In this document: in pieces, positions 39,426 through 51,759 of the stretch
Numbering within the stretch: position 1 is the first letter of the stretch
Layout of the letters: the number at the start of each line of letters is the position of its first letter
DNA from: Eledone cirrhosa
Lineage: Eukaryota
DNA: 64,000 bases
Assembly (NCBI GenBank): GCA_964016885.1
Contig: OZ024762.1
Span: forward strand, 5,084,001 to 5,148,000
Direction: 5' to 3'
The notes under the pieces: model-generated
The model's input: only the letters and a program-made list of their open reading frames with translations
The model's database searches: none
Told to the model about the DNA's origin: nothing
Made by a program: the position numbers and the translations under genes

Positions 39426-40149
39426 TTCCAGCATTCCAATTTATTTATCTATTTATTTTTTCTTTCTGATCCTGGATAAACTTTCACATTCTCTAGGGTG
39501 TCAAATGTCAGTTAAATGTGAAATGTAACAAACTTTAAATTTAGCGCCAAGTGAACTTTCCAATGCTGCATAGATTTCATGTAAAAACACTTTATAATTC
39601 ATATTTTTGGAAGTTGTCAAATGTCATTTTAACCCTTTCATTACCATATTTCTTATGAAAGACATTGCTTATGTCATTAACCCTTTCATTGCCATATTTC
39701 TAATGAAAGATGCTGCCAATTTTTTCAATTAATTTTGAAAATAATTCAAGAATTTATAGGGATTTAGTAAAATAACTTTCTCATTATTTAGTTCATGTTC
39801 GAAACATAAATTAACAAAGGTTCTTGCATAAAATTATGATGGAGTGATTTCAGATAAATATTTAAAATAAAATCTTTCAAACAAAGTTTTGTATCATAGA
39901 ACCAGAGGCGGTTTCATCCAGTTTGACATCAAAAGGGTCAAATGCTAACAGACTTTGAAATTTCTCGCTAGGTACGATTTCCAATACTGCATAGATTTCA
40001 TGGTCAAACACTTTGTATTTCATATATTTGTAAGTTGTCAGATGTGAAATGATATAGTAACGAACTACAGAGCTCTTTCTTCCATGCATATTACCCTTTA
40101 GGTAAAACTCTATGTTAATCCGTTGCCAGTGTTTCATGGCTTCATCGTT

Positions 40150-41535
40150 TTAGCTACTGTGTAGATGCTCATCGGAAGGATTACAATCACCTTGTAATTC
40201 ACAGACACGCAGACAACATCCAGAAGTAGAGGACTGTCTTTCAGCTGGCTTCAGCCTCGACTTGACAGCATTCCTCTGCGACTGAAGCAGTGTCTTCATG
40301 TGTCTTCGCAGATTTGTATTGAGTCTTTTAAATACAGGACTGTCACTCGATGCCGTGAAAGAGTTTGATTTTGTTGTGCGACTTGACTCTTTGTGAATTG
40401 TGTCATGGGTGATTGCATTGAAATCTTTGCTTGTAGTGGCAGGACATAAAGATTCTTCCAGGTGTTCAGAAGCAATACTGGAATGGTTGGATGTGCACAT
40501 AGCAGTCGGGTCTGTACCATTTTGATTCAAATATTTAGCCTGTAGCCTTCTTAACAGCCGCTTCTGAGTTTTAGTTGTACTTTGTGGACTATTTTTCTGC
40601 TCTAAAGGCTGGTACCCTTCAACAGTAGCTGCCGTAGATTTCTTTGGTGTGTGATAGTGTACTGTTGCACGGCAGTCGTCGACAGAAATTACATTAAGCA
40701 AGCTATTAGAGGAAGAACGTAAAGCCAAAGTTGTGCCACCATTTCTAGGTTTTGAGTCAAACAATTCTTCACTCTCATCTGAAGGAGGGCACACTCCAAC
40801 ATGAACTTCACTTAGTCTTGCATGCTGGCAGTCTCTTGAAGAAACAGACTTTGCTGATGTTTTTGTGTCTGAATATTTTGAAAGATTTTGGTCGATGTGA
40901 CAGAGTTTACCATTACGTTTTCTCGAAGACTTCTTTTCTAGATTGTAACCTGGCTGGAGGTTTAAATCTGAAAAACTGCACGAAAGGACCTTCGATTGTA
41001 GTTGCGAAGGGGGTTTACTAGATTGGTCTTTCCATTCAGCACTTTTAGCCGGAGTATGCTGACTACTTAAATGTCCATTTATTCCCTGGTTCAATTTGAT
41101 GCCATTCTTCGGTAATATTCCATTTTTTAGTTTTGAATTCACTACGATACCGTTGCTAAGGATGCTGTTGTTATTTTTGTTGTTGTTATTGTTGTTGTTG
41201 CTTTCACTGCTCTGAGTATTAGGGTTGCTCTTGCTACTGTTGGTGGCTGTTGCTTGGGTGTCGGGTATCTTAAAGAAGGCCTTGTTCACCTCCTGTCTCC
41301 AGTTTTCGATCCACATGGCCTTCTGCGGCGATAAGAACGGAGTCAACGACGCGCCTCCAACACACATGTTTCCGACACCACCACCACCACCGTTACCACC
41401 ACCGCCGCCGCCGCCGCCGCCACCACTGCTACCGTTATTGTTGTTGTTGTTGTTATTGTTGTTCAGTTCGTTGAACTTTCGCAGTTCGTACCATTCCTGT
41501 CGTTGTTGATGATGATATAGATTTACTGCATTCAT
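40150..41535 (-). CDS. Uncharacterised Ser/Asn/Lys-rich protein, 461 aa from the first ATG; probable host coding exon
   Basis: Only long ORF (1.4 kb) in non-repetitive sequence; in-frame poly-Asn and poly-Gly tracts; GC higher than flanks; no TE motifs and no domain recognised. Confidence 0.7.
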   Translation of the reverse strand: MNAVNLYHHQQRQEWYELRKFNELNNNNNNNNNNGSSGGGGGGGGGGNGGGGGVGNMCVGGASLTPFLSPQKAMWIENWRQEVNKAFFKIPDTQATATNSSKSNPNTQSSESNNNNNNNKNNNSILSNGIVVNSKLKNGILPKNGIKLNQGINGHLSSQHTPAKSAEWKDQSSKPPSQLQSKVLSCSFSDLNLQPGYNLEKKSSRKRNGKLCHIDQNLSKYSDTKTSAKSVSSRDCQHARLSEVHVGVCPPSDESEELFDSKPRNGGTTLALRSSSNSLLNVISVDDCRATVHYHTPKKSTAATVEGYQPLEQKNSPQSTTKTQKRLLRRLQAKYLNQNGTDPTAMCTSNHSSIASEHLEESLCPATTSKDFNAITHDTIHKESSRTTKSNSFTASSDSPVFKRLNTNLRRHMKTLLQSQRNAVKSRLKPAERQSSTSGCCLRVCELQGDCNPSDEHLHSS

Positions 41536-41732
41536 CTTGTTCCAAAATTGGTAAAATTTCCAAATGATTCTTCTTCTGAATCGCAAAACTTGCTTCCAAT
41601 GATAAATGTAGCACTTCTCTCATTCTTCAACATTTAGTTGCGATTAGTATTATTATTATTATTATTATTTTTTTTTTCCTTTTCCTTCAGTATTGTTTCC
41701 GTTATTATTATTGTTGTTATTATTATTATTAC

Positions 41733-41770
41733 CTGAGAAGGAGAGCGAAGGTAGCACTGACAAAGACAAA
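41733..41770 (-). other. Candidate 3' splice acceptor upstream of the ORF
   Basis: Minus strand TTTGTCTTTGTCAGTGCTACCTTCGCTCTCCTTCTCAG|G; exon would start at 41732. Confidence 0.5.
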
Positions 41771-42671
41771 ATATTATTGTTGTTATTGTTATTGATTTTT
41801 TAAATGTCTATATTTTTTAGTCTTTGTTATAAACATTTCTCTCGTACAAAAAAACGACACTGTACCGTCATCCAGTACCGTCGTCTTAATGTAAGCCCTG
41901 TGTGACTAATAAAGGAACCCTTATTATCATTGTGCCCTTAACGGACAGGGTGACCATGGTTTTTGTGGGATTTCTACACGAGAGACCCTTAGAGTTTCCT
42001 CAACTTTGGGGGAGTTGTTATGTTTGTTTTAAATGTTAATTTTCTTAGTCTCTTTTATAAATTTTATTTTACTCAAAGAAAACCTCACATTGTATCATCC
42101 TGTGCTGTCTTTAATGTTTCCTTAATATGAGCCCTGTGTGGCTAATAAAGAAATCATTATTAATGCATAAATATATTATTTTTTCTGGTTTTAAAATGTT
42201 CCCCATTCCACTTGGTTCTGATTCCAAAGATCGAGAAATGTCGATATTTTTCCAAACTGGAGTCAATTCCTCAAAGACTGAATATTTTTTCTCTGCAATT
42301 TCACACTGGAGGTCAATCTGTCAAAATAAATTATATATACATGTATATTTATAGATATATATATATCAGTCTATACATGTGTTTGTGTATGTTTGTGTAT
42401 ATTTATGTGTATACACACACAGACACACACACACATATATATATACATATATATACACATGCACATATATTTATATATACATGTATGTATGTATATATGT
42501 ATGTGTGTATGTATATATACATATATTTATGTATTTTTATTGGGAAGGGAAAAGAAAAATGTTTATTGTTCTACTTGTTGTTTAGGGGGGTTTTAAAAAA
42601 CATATTTTGGTCACATTTTCTTTGATATTCCATGAAATGACAGAGAAGTCAATAATAATATATTACATACA

Positions 42672-43127
42672 GAAAATAGCACTACACACCCATTACAGAG
42701 AGTACTCACAACACCACACTACACACCCATTACAGAGAGTACTCACCACACTACACACATATTAGAGAGAGTACTCACAACACCACACTACACACATATT
42801 AGAGAGAGTACTCACCACACTACACACCCATTACAGAGAGTACTCACAACACCACACTACACACATATTAGTGAGAGTACTCTCAACACCACACCACACA
42901 CATATTAGAGAGAGTACTCACAACACCACACTACACACATATTAGAGAGAGTACTCACAGCACCACACTACACACCCATTACAGAGAGTACTCACAACAC
43001 CACACCACACACATATTACAGAGAGTACTCAACACCACACTACACACCACACATATATTACTGACAGTACTCTCAACACCACTAAACACGACACTGTACA
43101 CATATTACAGACAGTACTCTCAACACC
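42672..43127. repeat. 32-37-bp minisatellite
   Basis: Unit ~GAGAGAGTACTCACAACACCACACTACACACATATTA. Confidence 0.9.
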
Positions 43128-43737
43128 ATATATATATATGTATATATATGTGTGTGTGTGTTTGTGTGTGTGTGTAAAAGCAAGTTTAGAAGAGTATATA
43201 TTTAGAGTACTGTGTTGCATCAAAAAGTTGTGTAAATCAAATTTTAGAAAAATACAAACAATTTCCAATTTTCGACAATCGATTCCAATCAATGATATCG
43301 GAGGATATCACAGATGTGAAAGGAAATTTGAGTTTTCAGTATTTTAAAAATGGCCACTAATGATGCTTTTAATATAACCCTTCTTCTCCTTCGGCCCCTT
43401 ATTCCTGAGAGCCAGTTTAAAAACTGGTACCTGAATCACAAAACAACCTTCAGATATCCCGACAAAAAACACGCTACCCAGCTCGCAAATCACACACACG
43501 CACGCACGCACGCACACACACACACACACATATTTATTCTGAGTTAAGACTCTATTGGTTTTTTCCCTGGATTACACAAAATCTGTGGATAAAATTTCTG
43601 TCTTGACTTTTTTTGAATTGAGATTGAATTATTTTCCCATATCTTACGTTAAATATTTTCCATCTTGACGTAATAGTCACTTATATATTATGAATTACTG
43701 TTGGCTTCTTGCTCACATTAATTTCTCTATTTTCATT

Positions 43738-43777
<40 letters not shown>

Positions 43778-43856
43778 CATTAAGGATACTATTTATGGTT
43801 ATGTATATACTAAAACCTTTTATAGTTATATATATTTAAAACCCTAAATAGTGAAA

Positions 43857-43905
43857 TTGCTCCGAAGACTCCAAACCTCGGTTTGGAAGAAACAATTGTA
43901 AGCGA
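43857..43905 (+). ncRNA. Hammerhead motif with a core substitution (CCGAAGA)
   Basis: TTGCT/AGCGA stem I, TCCAAAC-CTCG-GTTTGGA stem II, GAAAC-AATT-GTA with a palindromic loop III. Confidence 0.6.
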
Positions 43906-44041
43906 ATAAATGGTTTAAACAGAACTTTGATTCATGTAATTTCTATATATATATATATATATATATACGTTATTCCGGGTTGAGTCGGAGATAACCACAG
44001 TAAGTAAGGTACTCAATACATTGCAGAGTATAAAAGTTTTA

Positions 44042-44155
44042 ATATAGATGAGATTCTACAGGACTAGAACTGTTTCATTCTTTAGAAATCATCAGGAATT
44101 CCTGATGATTTCTAAAGAATGAAACAGTTCTAGTCCTGTAGAATCTCATCTATAT
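44042..44155. repeat. Perfect 114-bp palindrome containing CTGATGA...GAAA
   Basis: Centred on GAATTC at 44096-44101; left arm extends to 43967 and matches 55469-55600 in reverse. Confidence 0.9.
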
Positions 44156-44544
44156 ATATCTATCTATCTATCTAAGGCGGGTAAAATTCCCGAGATCCAT
44201 GGACGAGTTCTCTCCAGCGGTCTCTGTCCCTCATTATCGCTGCCATATCCTGCGTCTCCAACAGACCAGTGTCTGTCCTTAGGGCATCAACATATATATA
44301 TATATATATTTCGTGTCTGAATTTGTTTAGCAAGATTCTTTATCTGAAAACGTGTGTTGAAACCGATATTGTTATGCTTTGGAGGATCATGTTCCCGTCC
44401 CACCCTTGCAAGCAGGGAAAAAGCGGACGTAAAATGATGATGATGATGATATACATACACACACACACAAACATATAAAGAAATTTGTTTTCAAATATAG
44501 AAACAGGAAAGGTGTAGGTGAAAAAATGATATATATATATATAA

Positions 44545-44765
44545 TTTTAAATCACTGAAACTTCCAGAGGCGATGACAAAGGATTGCGATGTGTGGAGAG
44601 AGGCCATACTGCAAAGTACCCGTCCAACCCTTGCCATACTGCAAAGGACCCGTCCAACCCATGCCATACTGCAAAGGCTCCGTCCACCCCATGCCATACT
44701 GCAAAGGCCCCGTCCAACCCATGCAAGCAAGGAAAAGTAGATATGAAAACAATGATAATGATGTA
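44545..44765 (+). mobile_element. RTE 3' end with a 30-bp internal tandem repeat (~4 copies)
   Basis: GCCATACTGCAAAGG.CCCGTCCAACCC repeated. Confidence 0.7.
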
Positions 44766-44819
44766 TCAAGATATTAATTATATTTAAGGTTTATTTTGGG
44801 TAAAAAAGAAAATAAATTT

Positions 44820-47181
44820 GTGTGGTGTAATGGTGGTATGGTGTGGTGTGGCGTGTGGTGTGGTGTGGCGTAGGGTGTAATGGTGGTATGGTGTGGTGTG
44901 ATGTGGTGGTATGGTGTGGTGTTATGTGGTGTGTGGTGTAGCATAGGGTGTAGTGGTGGTATGGTGTGGTGTAGTGTGGTGGTGTGGTGTAGTGTGTAGT
45001 ATGGTGGTGTGGTGTAGTGTGTAGTGGTGTGGTGTAGAGTGGTGTAGTGTAATGGAGGTGTGGTATGGTAACTAAAGTAAATTTTTTCATAAATGATTCT
45101 TCATCTGTAAATGTTATATTAATGTTTGGTCACACTCTATTGAACCATATTAACTGTGTGACTGTGTGTATGGTTGGCTGGCTGGCAGGCTGGCTGGTTG
45201 GCTGGTTAGTTGGTTAGCTGGTTGGTTGGTTGGTTGGTTGGTTGGTTAGCTGGCTGGTTGGTTGGTTGGTTGGTTGGTTAGCAGGCTGGTTGGCTGGTTG
45301 GTTAGCTGGTTGGTTGGTTGGTTAGCTGGCTGGCTGGTTGGTTGGTTGGTTGGTTGGTTGGTTGGTTAGCTGGCTGGCTGGTTGGTTGGTTGGTTGGTTG
45401 GTTGGTTAGCTGGCTGGCTGGTTGGTTGGTTGGTTGGTTGGTTAGCAGGCTAGTTGGTTGGCTGGCTGGCTGGTTGGTTGGTTGGCAGGCTGGTTGGTTG
45501 GTTGGTTGGCTGGTTGGTTGGTTGGCTTTTTCTTTTGAGGTTCTAACCTCATGGATATGCATACTCACACACACAGAAATATATATATATGCACATGCTC
45601 TGACACACACATTCATATACATACACATATATACACACATACACACAGTCACATACATATACACACACAGGAATATATATATATATATATATATACACAT
45701 AATTTACATACATCAATAAAGATGACAGGTAACACTATAAAAGCAAATATATAAATTTGTTAATGGATGCTATCATCCCTCAGAAAATATAGTGCCCCCC
45801 TTCCTTCCGGTTGCACAACACCCCACCTCCACCGTCACACCACCACCACCGTCACACCACCACCACCACCACCACCACTGTCTCACAACTCCCTCAAAAC
45901 CACACACCCTCTCACATGCAATCCTCACTACCTCACCATCTCACCACTATACATCTCACCACCACACCACCTCACCACCACACCACCACCACCACACCAC
46001 CACCTCACCACACCACCACCACCACACCACCACCACACTGCCTCACCACCACCACACCATGACCACCACCACCACCACACCACCTCACCACCACCACACC
46101 ACCACCACCACCACCACCACACCACCTCACCACCACCACACCACCTCACCACCACCACACCACCACCACCTCACCACACCACCACCACCGCCACACCACC
46201 ACCACCTCACCACCATCACACCACCTCACCACCATACCACACCACCACCACACCACCACCACCGCCACACCACCACCACACCACCACACCACACCACCAC
46301 CACACCACCACCACCGCCACACCACCACCACACCACCTCACCACCATCACACCACCTCACCACCACACCACACCACCACCACCGCCACACCACCACCACA
46401 CCACCTCACCACCATCACACCACCTCACCACCACACCACCACCACACCACCACACCACCACCACACCAGCACACCACCATCACACCACCTCACCACACCA
46501 TCTCACCACCACCACCAGATCAGACCCCCACCATCACACAACCATGTCACCACCACCGCCACACCACCACACCACATCACCCCCATAACACCCTTCCCCA
46601 CCCCCATAACACCCTTCCCCGCCCCCATAATACCCTTCCCCACCCCCTCTCTTACCCATACAACAATGTCTTTGTTACTATGGAAACATCAATTATCTCT
46701 AAATCACATCTTTCAATTATATCGATCTTATATCTTCCTTTGTTGTTATTGTTGTTGGTGGCGGTGTTGTTGTGTTGTTATTGTGTTGTTGGTGGTGGTG
46801 GTGTTATTGTGTTGTTGTTGTTATTGTGGTGGTGTTGTTATTGTGTTGTTGTGTTGTTATCGTTGTTGTTGTTGTTGTTGTTATTGTGTTGGTGTTGTTG
46901 TTATTGTTGTTGTTGTTGTTATTGTTGTGTTGTGTTATTGTGTTGTGTTATTGGGTTGTTGTTGTGTTGTGTTATTGGGTTGTTGTTGTGTTGTGTTATT
47001 ACATTTGTTGATGTTATTGTTGTTGTTGATGTTTTGTTTTAATATTTTCTCATTTGCTTTTATAAAAAAAGTTTTCTGTCTATGTTGTTGTAGTAGTAGT
47101 AGCAGCAGCAGTAGTAGTAGTACCAGCAGTAGTAGTAGTAGTAGCAGTAGTAGTATTATTAGCTGTAGTAGCAGTAGTAGC

Positions 47182-47216
<35 letters not shown>

Positions 47217-47285
47217 CAGTAGTATTATTAGCTGTAGTAACAGTAGTAGTAGCAGTAGCAGCAGTAGTAGTAGTAGTAGTAGCTA
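44820..47285. repeat. Microsatellite-dominated block: (GTGTG)n, (GGTT)n, (CAC)n, (TTG)n, (AGT)n
   Basis: Direct inspection. Confidence 0.9.
46674..46687. promoter_or_regulatory. RFX X-box-like motif GTTACTATGGAAAC
   Basis: Resembles the GTNRCCATGGNAAC consensus; lies in a short unique-sequence island. Confidence 0.35.
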
Positions 47286-47516
47286 TTGTTGTCTTTCCTT
47301 CTTCTTCCCTTTATAAAACCGTCTGATCTTGTAAGTCTGGCATCAGCCCTTCGCCAGATCTCACATAGGTTAGTTTTAGTATTGAAATACAACAACAAAA
47401 ACAACAGCAGTGATGATAATAATAATAATAACAAAAAAAATAATAATGATAATAAAATATATTAAAAAAATAATGATGATAGTAATAAAAATATATTTAA
47501 AAAATAGCATTTTGAT

Positions 47517-47530
47517 GTTGCCGTGGTTAC
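47517..47530. promoter_or_regulatory. RFX X-box-like motif GTTGCCGTGGTTAC
   Basis: Resembles the X-box consensus; lies in a unique-sequence island. Confidence 0.35.
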
Positions 47531-47652
47531 AGCAGCACTAAATATTACTAACAAGTTTAATTATGTCATAAGCTTGCCAAAGGATGTCTAACAATCTGAC
47601 AACACAACGGCTGAGAGAGAAATGATGGAAGCTAAATAACAAGAACAAGATA

Positions 47653-47688
<36 letters not shown>

Positions 47689-48348
47689 TCTGTCCCTCTC
47701 TCCCCCCTCCCTCCCTCTCTCTCCTTCTGTCCCTCTCTCCCCCCTCCCTCCCTCTCTCCCCGCCGCCTCTCTCTCACTCCCTCCCTCTCTCTCTTTCTCT
47801 TTCAGACACACACACTCTGAGTGTGTGTCTCTCTCTCTCTCTCACTCCCTCTTTCACACACACACTGTCTCTCTCTAACTCCCTCCCGCTCTCTCACTCC
47901 CTCTTTCACACACACACTCTGTCTCTCTCTCTCACTCACTCACTCACTCACTCACTCACTCTCTCCCTCCCCCTCTCGCGTCCCCCTCTCTCTCTCTCTG
48001 TTAATCACTCTACCTTGCCAGTGTACAGCCTTGCCAAGTCTGCCCTTCATCAAACTGTGTTGTATGTTTAACCCTTCTTCGTACCAACCCACCTAAAACC
48101 CTCCGTCCCAGCCCCCTTCGTCCCAGCCCCCTTCGTCCCAGCCCCCTCACTGCCAACTGGTTCTACTGATCAAAACTTTATATTTTTAAAGTGATTCTGT
48201 TTGTCTAAATTTAACAGTGTGGTGATAGTGCTGCTGTTGCTACAAAAAAAAGCACCCAGTTTATCATGTAAGGTGGTCTTGTGTGTATATTAGTGTCTGT
48301 GTGTATCACCTGAGATATTCTATAAGAGGTGCAACAATATGTGTTTAA

Positions 48349-48896
48349 CCCATTAGCATTTAAACCAGCCGTATCCGGCCAGAATTCTCTCACCTCTTTC
48401 TGTTCAAACCGGCTGTAACCAGCCACTTATACTGATATTAAAGTATTGTTCTCAAAATAAATAACATCAAAATCTCATAGATTTGATAATATGTGAAATA
48501 AAGCCTTTACCACAAAAATACAATAGTAAATACAGAGTAATCATCATCATCATTTTACGTCTGCTTTTCCCTGCTTGCAAGGGTGGGACGGGAACTGATT
48601 CTGGCTTGATTTCTACAGCTGGATGCCCTTCCTAACACCAACCTCATTTACAGTGAGTGCTGGGTGCTTTTTTGCCGTGGCACCTCCACGACCACTTTAC
48701 AGTGGAATGATAGGGACCCCAGTCCCTATCATCTCATTTCTACAGCTGAGTAAACTGGAGCAATGTGAAATAAAGTGTCTTGCTCAAGGAAACAACACAT
48801 CACCCGGTCTGAGAATTGAACTCACAACCTTTTGATTGCAAGGCCAATGCTCTAACGACTAAGCCATGTGCCTCCATTAATGTAAATGTTAAAAGG
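48349..48896. mobile_element. piggyBac-type MITE family A carrying a SINE insertion
   Basis: TTAA at 48345-48348 and 48897-48900. Confidence 0.8.
48541..48876 (-). mobile_element. Apparently full-length SINE family 2
   Basis: Minus strand GGAGGCACATGGCTTAGTCG (A box) ... GTTCAATTC (B box) ... GACGTAAAA(TGA)n. Confidence 0.85.
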
Positions 48897-48929
48897 TTAA
48901 CAAGCAGCCTGGCTGAACAGAAATCTCTC

Positions 48930-50580
48930 TGTTAAGTGGTGGTCCCTAAGGAAACTAGGGATAGAAGAGTGACTTGTGAGAGCAGTGCATACCATGTACA
49001 GAGGAGCTGTGAGTTTAGAGAGGAATTTAAAATGCAGATAGGAGTACAAGGTTTGTTTCTTAGCCCACTGCTGTTCATTATGTTTTTCCTGTCCATAACA
49101 GAGGAGTTTAACCCTTTAGTATTTACATACCTCTATATTTACTATTGTATTTTCACAGTAAAGGCTTTGTCTCACAAAATTATTTCATATAATATCAAAT
49201 CTATGAGATTTTGATATTATTTATTTTGAGAACAATACCTTAACATAAGTATGAGCAGCTGGTTACGGTCAGTTTGAACGAAAGAGGTGAGAGAATTCTG
49301 GCCAGATATGGCCAGTTTAAATACTAAAGTGTTAAGACTGGTTGTCCATGAGAACATACTTCTATATGTTGGTAATCTGGTCAGTATAACTGAAACTATG
49401 GAAGCACTAGAGGTTGGGTCTCCACTGTGAAACAGAATTTGGAATAAAAAAAGCTGAGAGTAAACTTAGCCAAAACTAAAGTGCTAGTAAGTAGTAAAGA
49501 AGATAGGACCTTGATTTCATCAGGGAAGTAGCCCACCTCGATATGTAGAAAAGGGGTAGGCATAAACTCTATACAGTATACACAATGTAAATCTTGGGTA
49601 TACAAGGGAAAAGAAGATTTTGTTTGTAGATGTTCAGGGTTAATTGATAGTAACAGTGCCAATTGTATAAATTTTTTCCAGGAAGGATCCATAGAAGTAG
49701 TTGATAGCTTCTGTTATCTAGATGCTTTAATTATCAGTGGGAAAAGGTGCTCCGAGAGCATGATAGCTAGAATAAGAATAGGACAGAAAACCTTTGGAGG
49801 GCTACACCCACTTTTGACTACCAAAGATTTCTCCCTATGTACAAAAGGATGACTGTATGATGCCTGCATGGGAAGTTCAATACTGTATGGTAGTGAAACA
49901 TGAATAGTGTGTGCAGAGGACATGTGGTGCTACATGGTAGTGAAACATGAATAGTGTGTGCAGAGGACATGTGGTGCTACATGGTAGTGAAACATGAATA
50001 GTGTGTGCAGAGGACATGTGGTGCTACATGGCAGGGAAACATGAATAGTGTGTGCAGAGGACATGTGGTGCTACATGACAGGGAAACATGAGTAGTGTGT
50101 GCAGAGGACATGTGGTGCTACATGGCAGGGAAACATGAATAGTGTGTGAAGAGGACATGTGGTGCTACATGGCAGGGAAACATGAATAGTGTGTGCAGAG
50201 GGCATGCATTGGCTGGAGAGAAATGAAGCAGCCATACTTCATTGGATGCGCAATGTTAATGTAAGAGAATGGCAGATTTTAGGTGAATTGAGGGAGAAAA
50301 ACTGGGTATTAGAGGAATCAGAAGTAGAGTGCTGGAGAGAAGACTGCATTGATATGGACATGTGATGCACATGATGGGTGAAGAAGTGCCAGGAAATGCC
50401 AGTAGAAGGAAGTCACAATAGAGATAGACCAAGAACGACCCGGGCAGAGGTGGTGAGAGCTGATCTCAAATCGATAAGACTCGCAGAGGAGATGACAAAG
50501 GGATGTGATGTGTGGAGAGATGCTGTGCTGAAAAGGACCCATCCAACCCCAAAAACGGACGTAAAAACAATGATGATGAC
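48930..50580 (+). pseudogene. Degenerate RTE LINE 3' part, with a MITE at 49112-49331 and a 47-bp tandem array at ~49885-50202
   Basis: LSPLLFIM..ITEEF|KTGCP split at TTAA; LRVNLAKTKVL; LYGSET; terminal GGACGTAAAAACAATGATG. Confidence 0.85.
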
Positions 50581-51463
50581 ATATATGTATATATACAGGG
50601 TGTATCAAAAAGGCTATATTTTTTTAAAACAAATGACCATATAATCATGTGGCAACTTTATTATCATAAATTGATAAAAGAACTTGTATCAAATTCATGT
50701 GTGTGTCCGTGAAACCTCTACATATACACCGGGCTCAAACAACCAAACTCCCACTGTCACTGCCCCCATCTCTCCCAATCTCCCCATCTCTCACTATTAT
50801 GAACAAGTGGAGACCCATGCGCTGACTGCTCTGCCCTGGCGGAGAGAATAGAGAAGGGGATTCTCCGGGGGACGGTAAGGGAAACATGGTAACTTGTACA
50901 ATACATGTCTGAATATAAAGTTTTATTCCTGTTTTATAAAGATATTTACATATGGAGCATTTGTAAAAATTGTAAAAATTGGATGAATATATATATATGA
51001 ATCTAATGAACCACCTAATATTATATATATATATATATCTGTGTGTGTGTGTATATATGTGTGTATACGTGTGTGTGTGTATATATATATATATCTGTGT
51101 GTGTGTGTATGTATACGTGTGTGTGTCTGTGTATACGTGTGTGTGTGTATATATGCATATGTGTGTGTGTATATATATATATATATGTATGTATGTACAT
51201 ATGTGTGTGTGTATATATATTTAGTTGAGTCATAAACAATTTCAGATTTTTATATATATATGTGTGTGAATATATGTGTGCATGTGCGTGTGTGAAAAGT
51301 AAATGGAATACAATACAGCATAAAAATCCAGTAGGATGAAGATATTTAGTTTAACGCTTGATGTAGTAGGAGAACAGAGTCTTAACATTTCGTATATATA
51401 TATATATATATATATATATTAATTCAAAATATTAACAAAAATAGACATTCATCTGATCAAGTA

Positions 51464-51530
51464 TATTTTATTATACATATTTCAGAGGTACTGAGTTATC
51501 TTCAACAGTACGTCCTCTTCAGATAAAATA
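51464..51530 (-). ncRNA. Minimal type I hammerhead motif (same family as 4082-4148)
   Basis: Minus strand TATTTTAT-CTGAAGA-GGACGTACTG..CAGTACCTCT-GAAA-TATGTATA-ATAAAATA. Confidence 0.7.
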
Positions 51531-51759
51531 AGATGATGCATGACATACCCTGACTTAGTAGATGGTTAAGATTCAGTCATGGTAAAACTCATTCTTTGAT
51601 TTATTCATTGAACCTTGTTTAACCTTTAAATATATATATATATAGTGTGTGTGTGTGCTCCCTACTCTCTCTCCCTCACGCTCTGTCTTTCTTTCTCTCT
51701 TTCTCTGTCTCCTCCACCCTTCTCATTTAATCACAGGTGATTCTATTCACTTGCCATTC

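Noticed and set aside
39877-40149. In-frame 90-codon extension after the ORF's TAA (readthrough or editing idea)
   Set aside because: TAA-A is a poor readthrough context; the extension runs into a MITE end and a segment duplicated at ~39560-39625
41795-42165. Two similar segments ending AGCCCTGTGTG.CTAATAAAG
   Set aside because: Probably LINE 3'-UTR relics, on the strand opposite the ORF; family could not be assigned
45175-45525. (GGTT)n/TTAG repeat resembling telomeric DNA
   Set aside because: Not TTAGGG; a tetranucleotide microsatellite
46656-46777. Short open minus-strand frame (..GRYKIDIIERCDLEIIDVSIVTKTLLYG) as a coding exon for the orphan ORF
   Set aside because: Stop about 40 codons upstream, and splicing to 41732 in this phase gives an immediate TAA; at most a UTR exon
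48805-48876. tRNA-like sequence (also ~104-195 and ~33770-33830)
   Set aside because: No complete cloverleaf; continues into multi-copy SINE bodies
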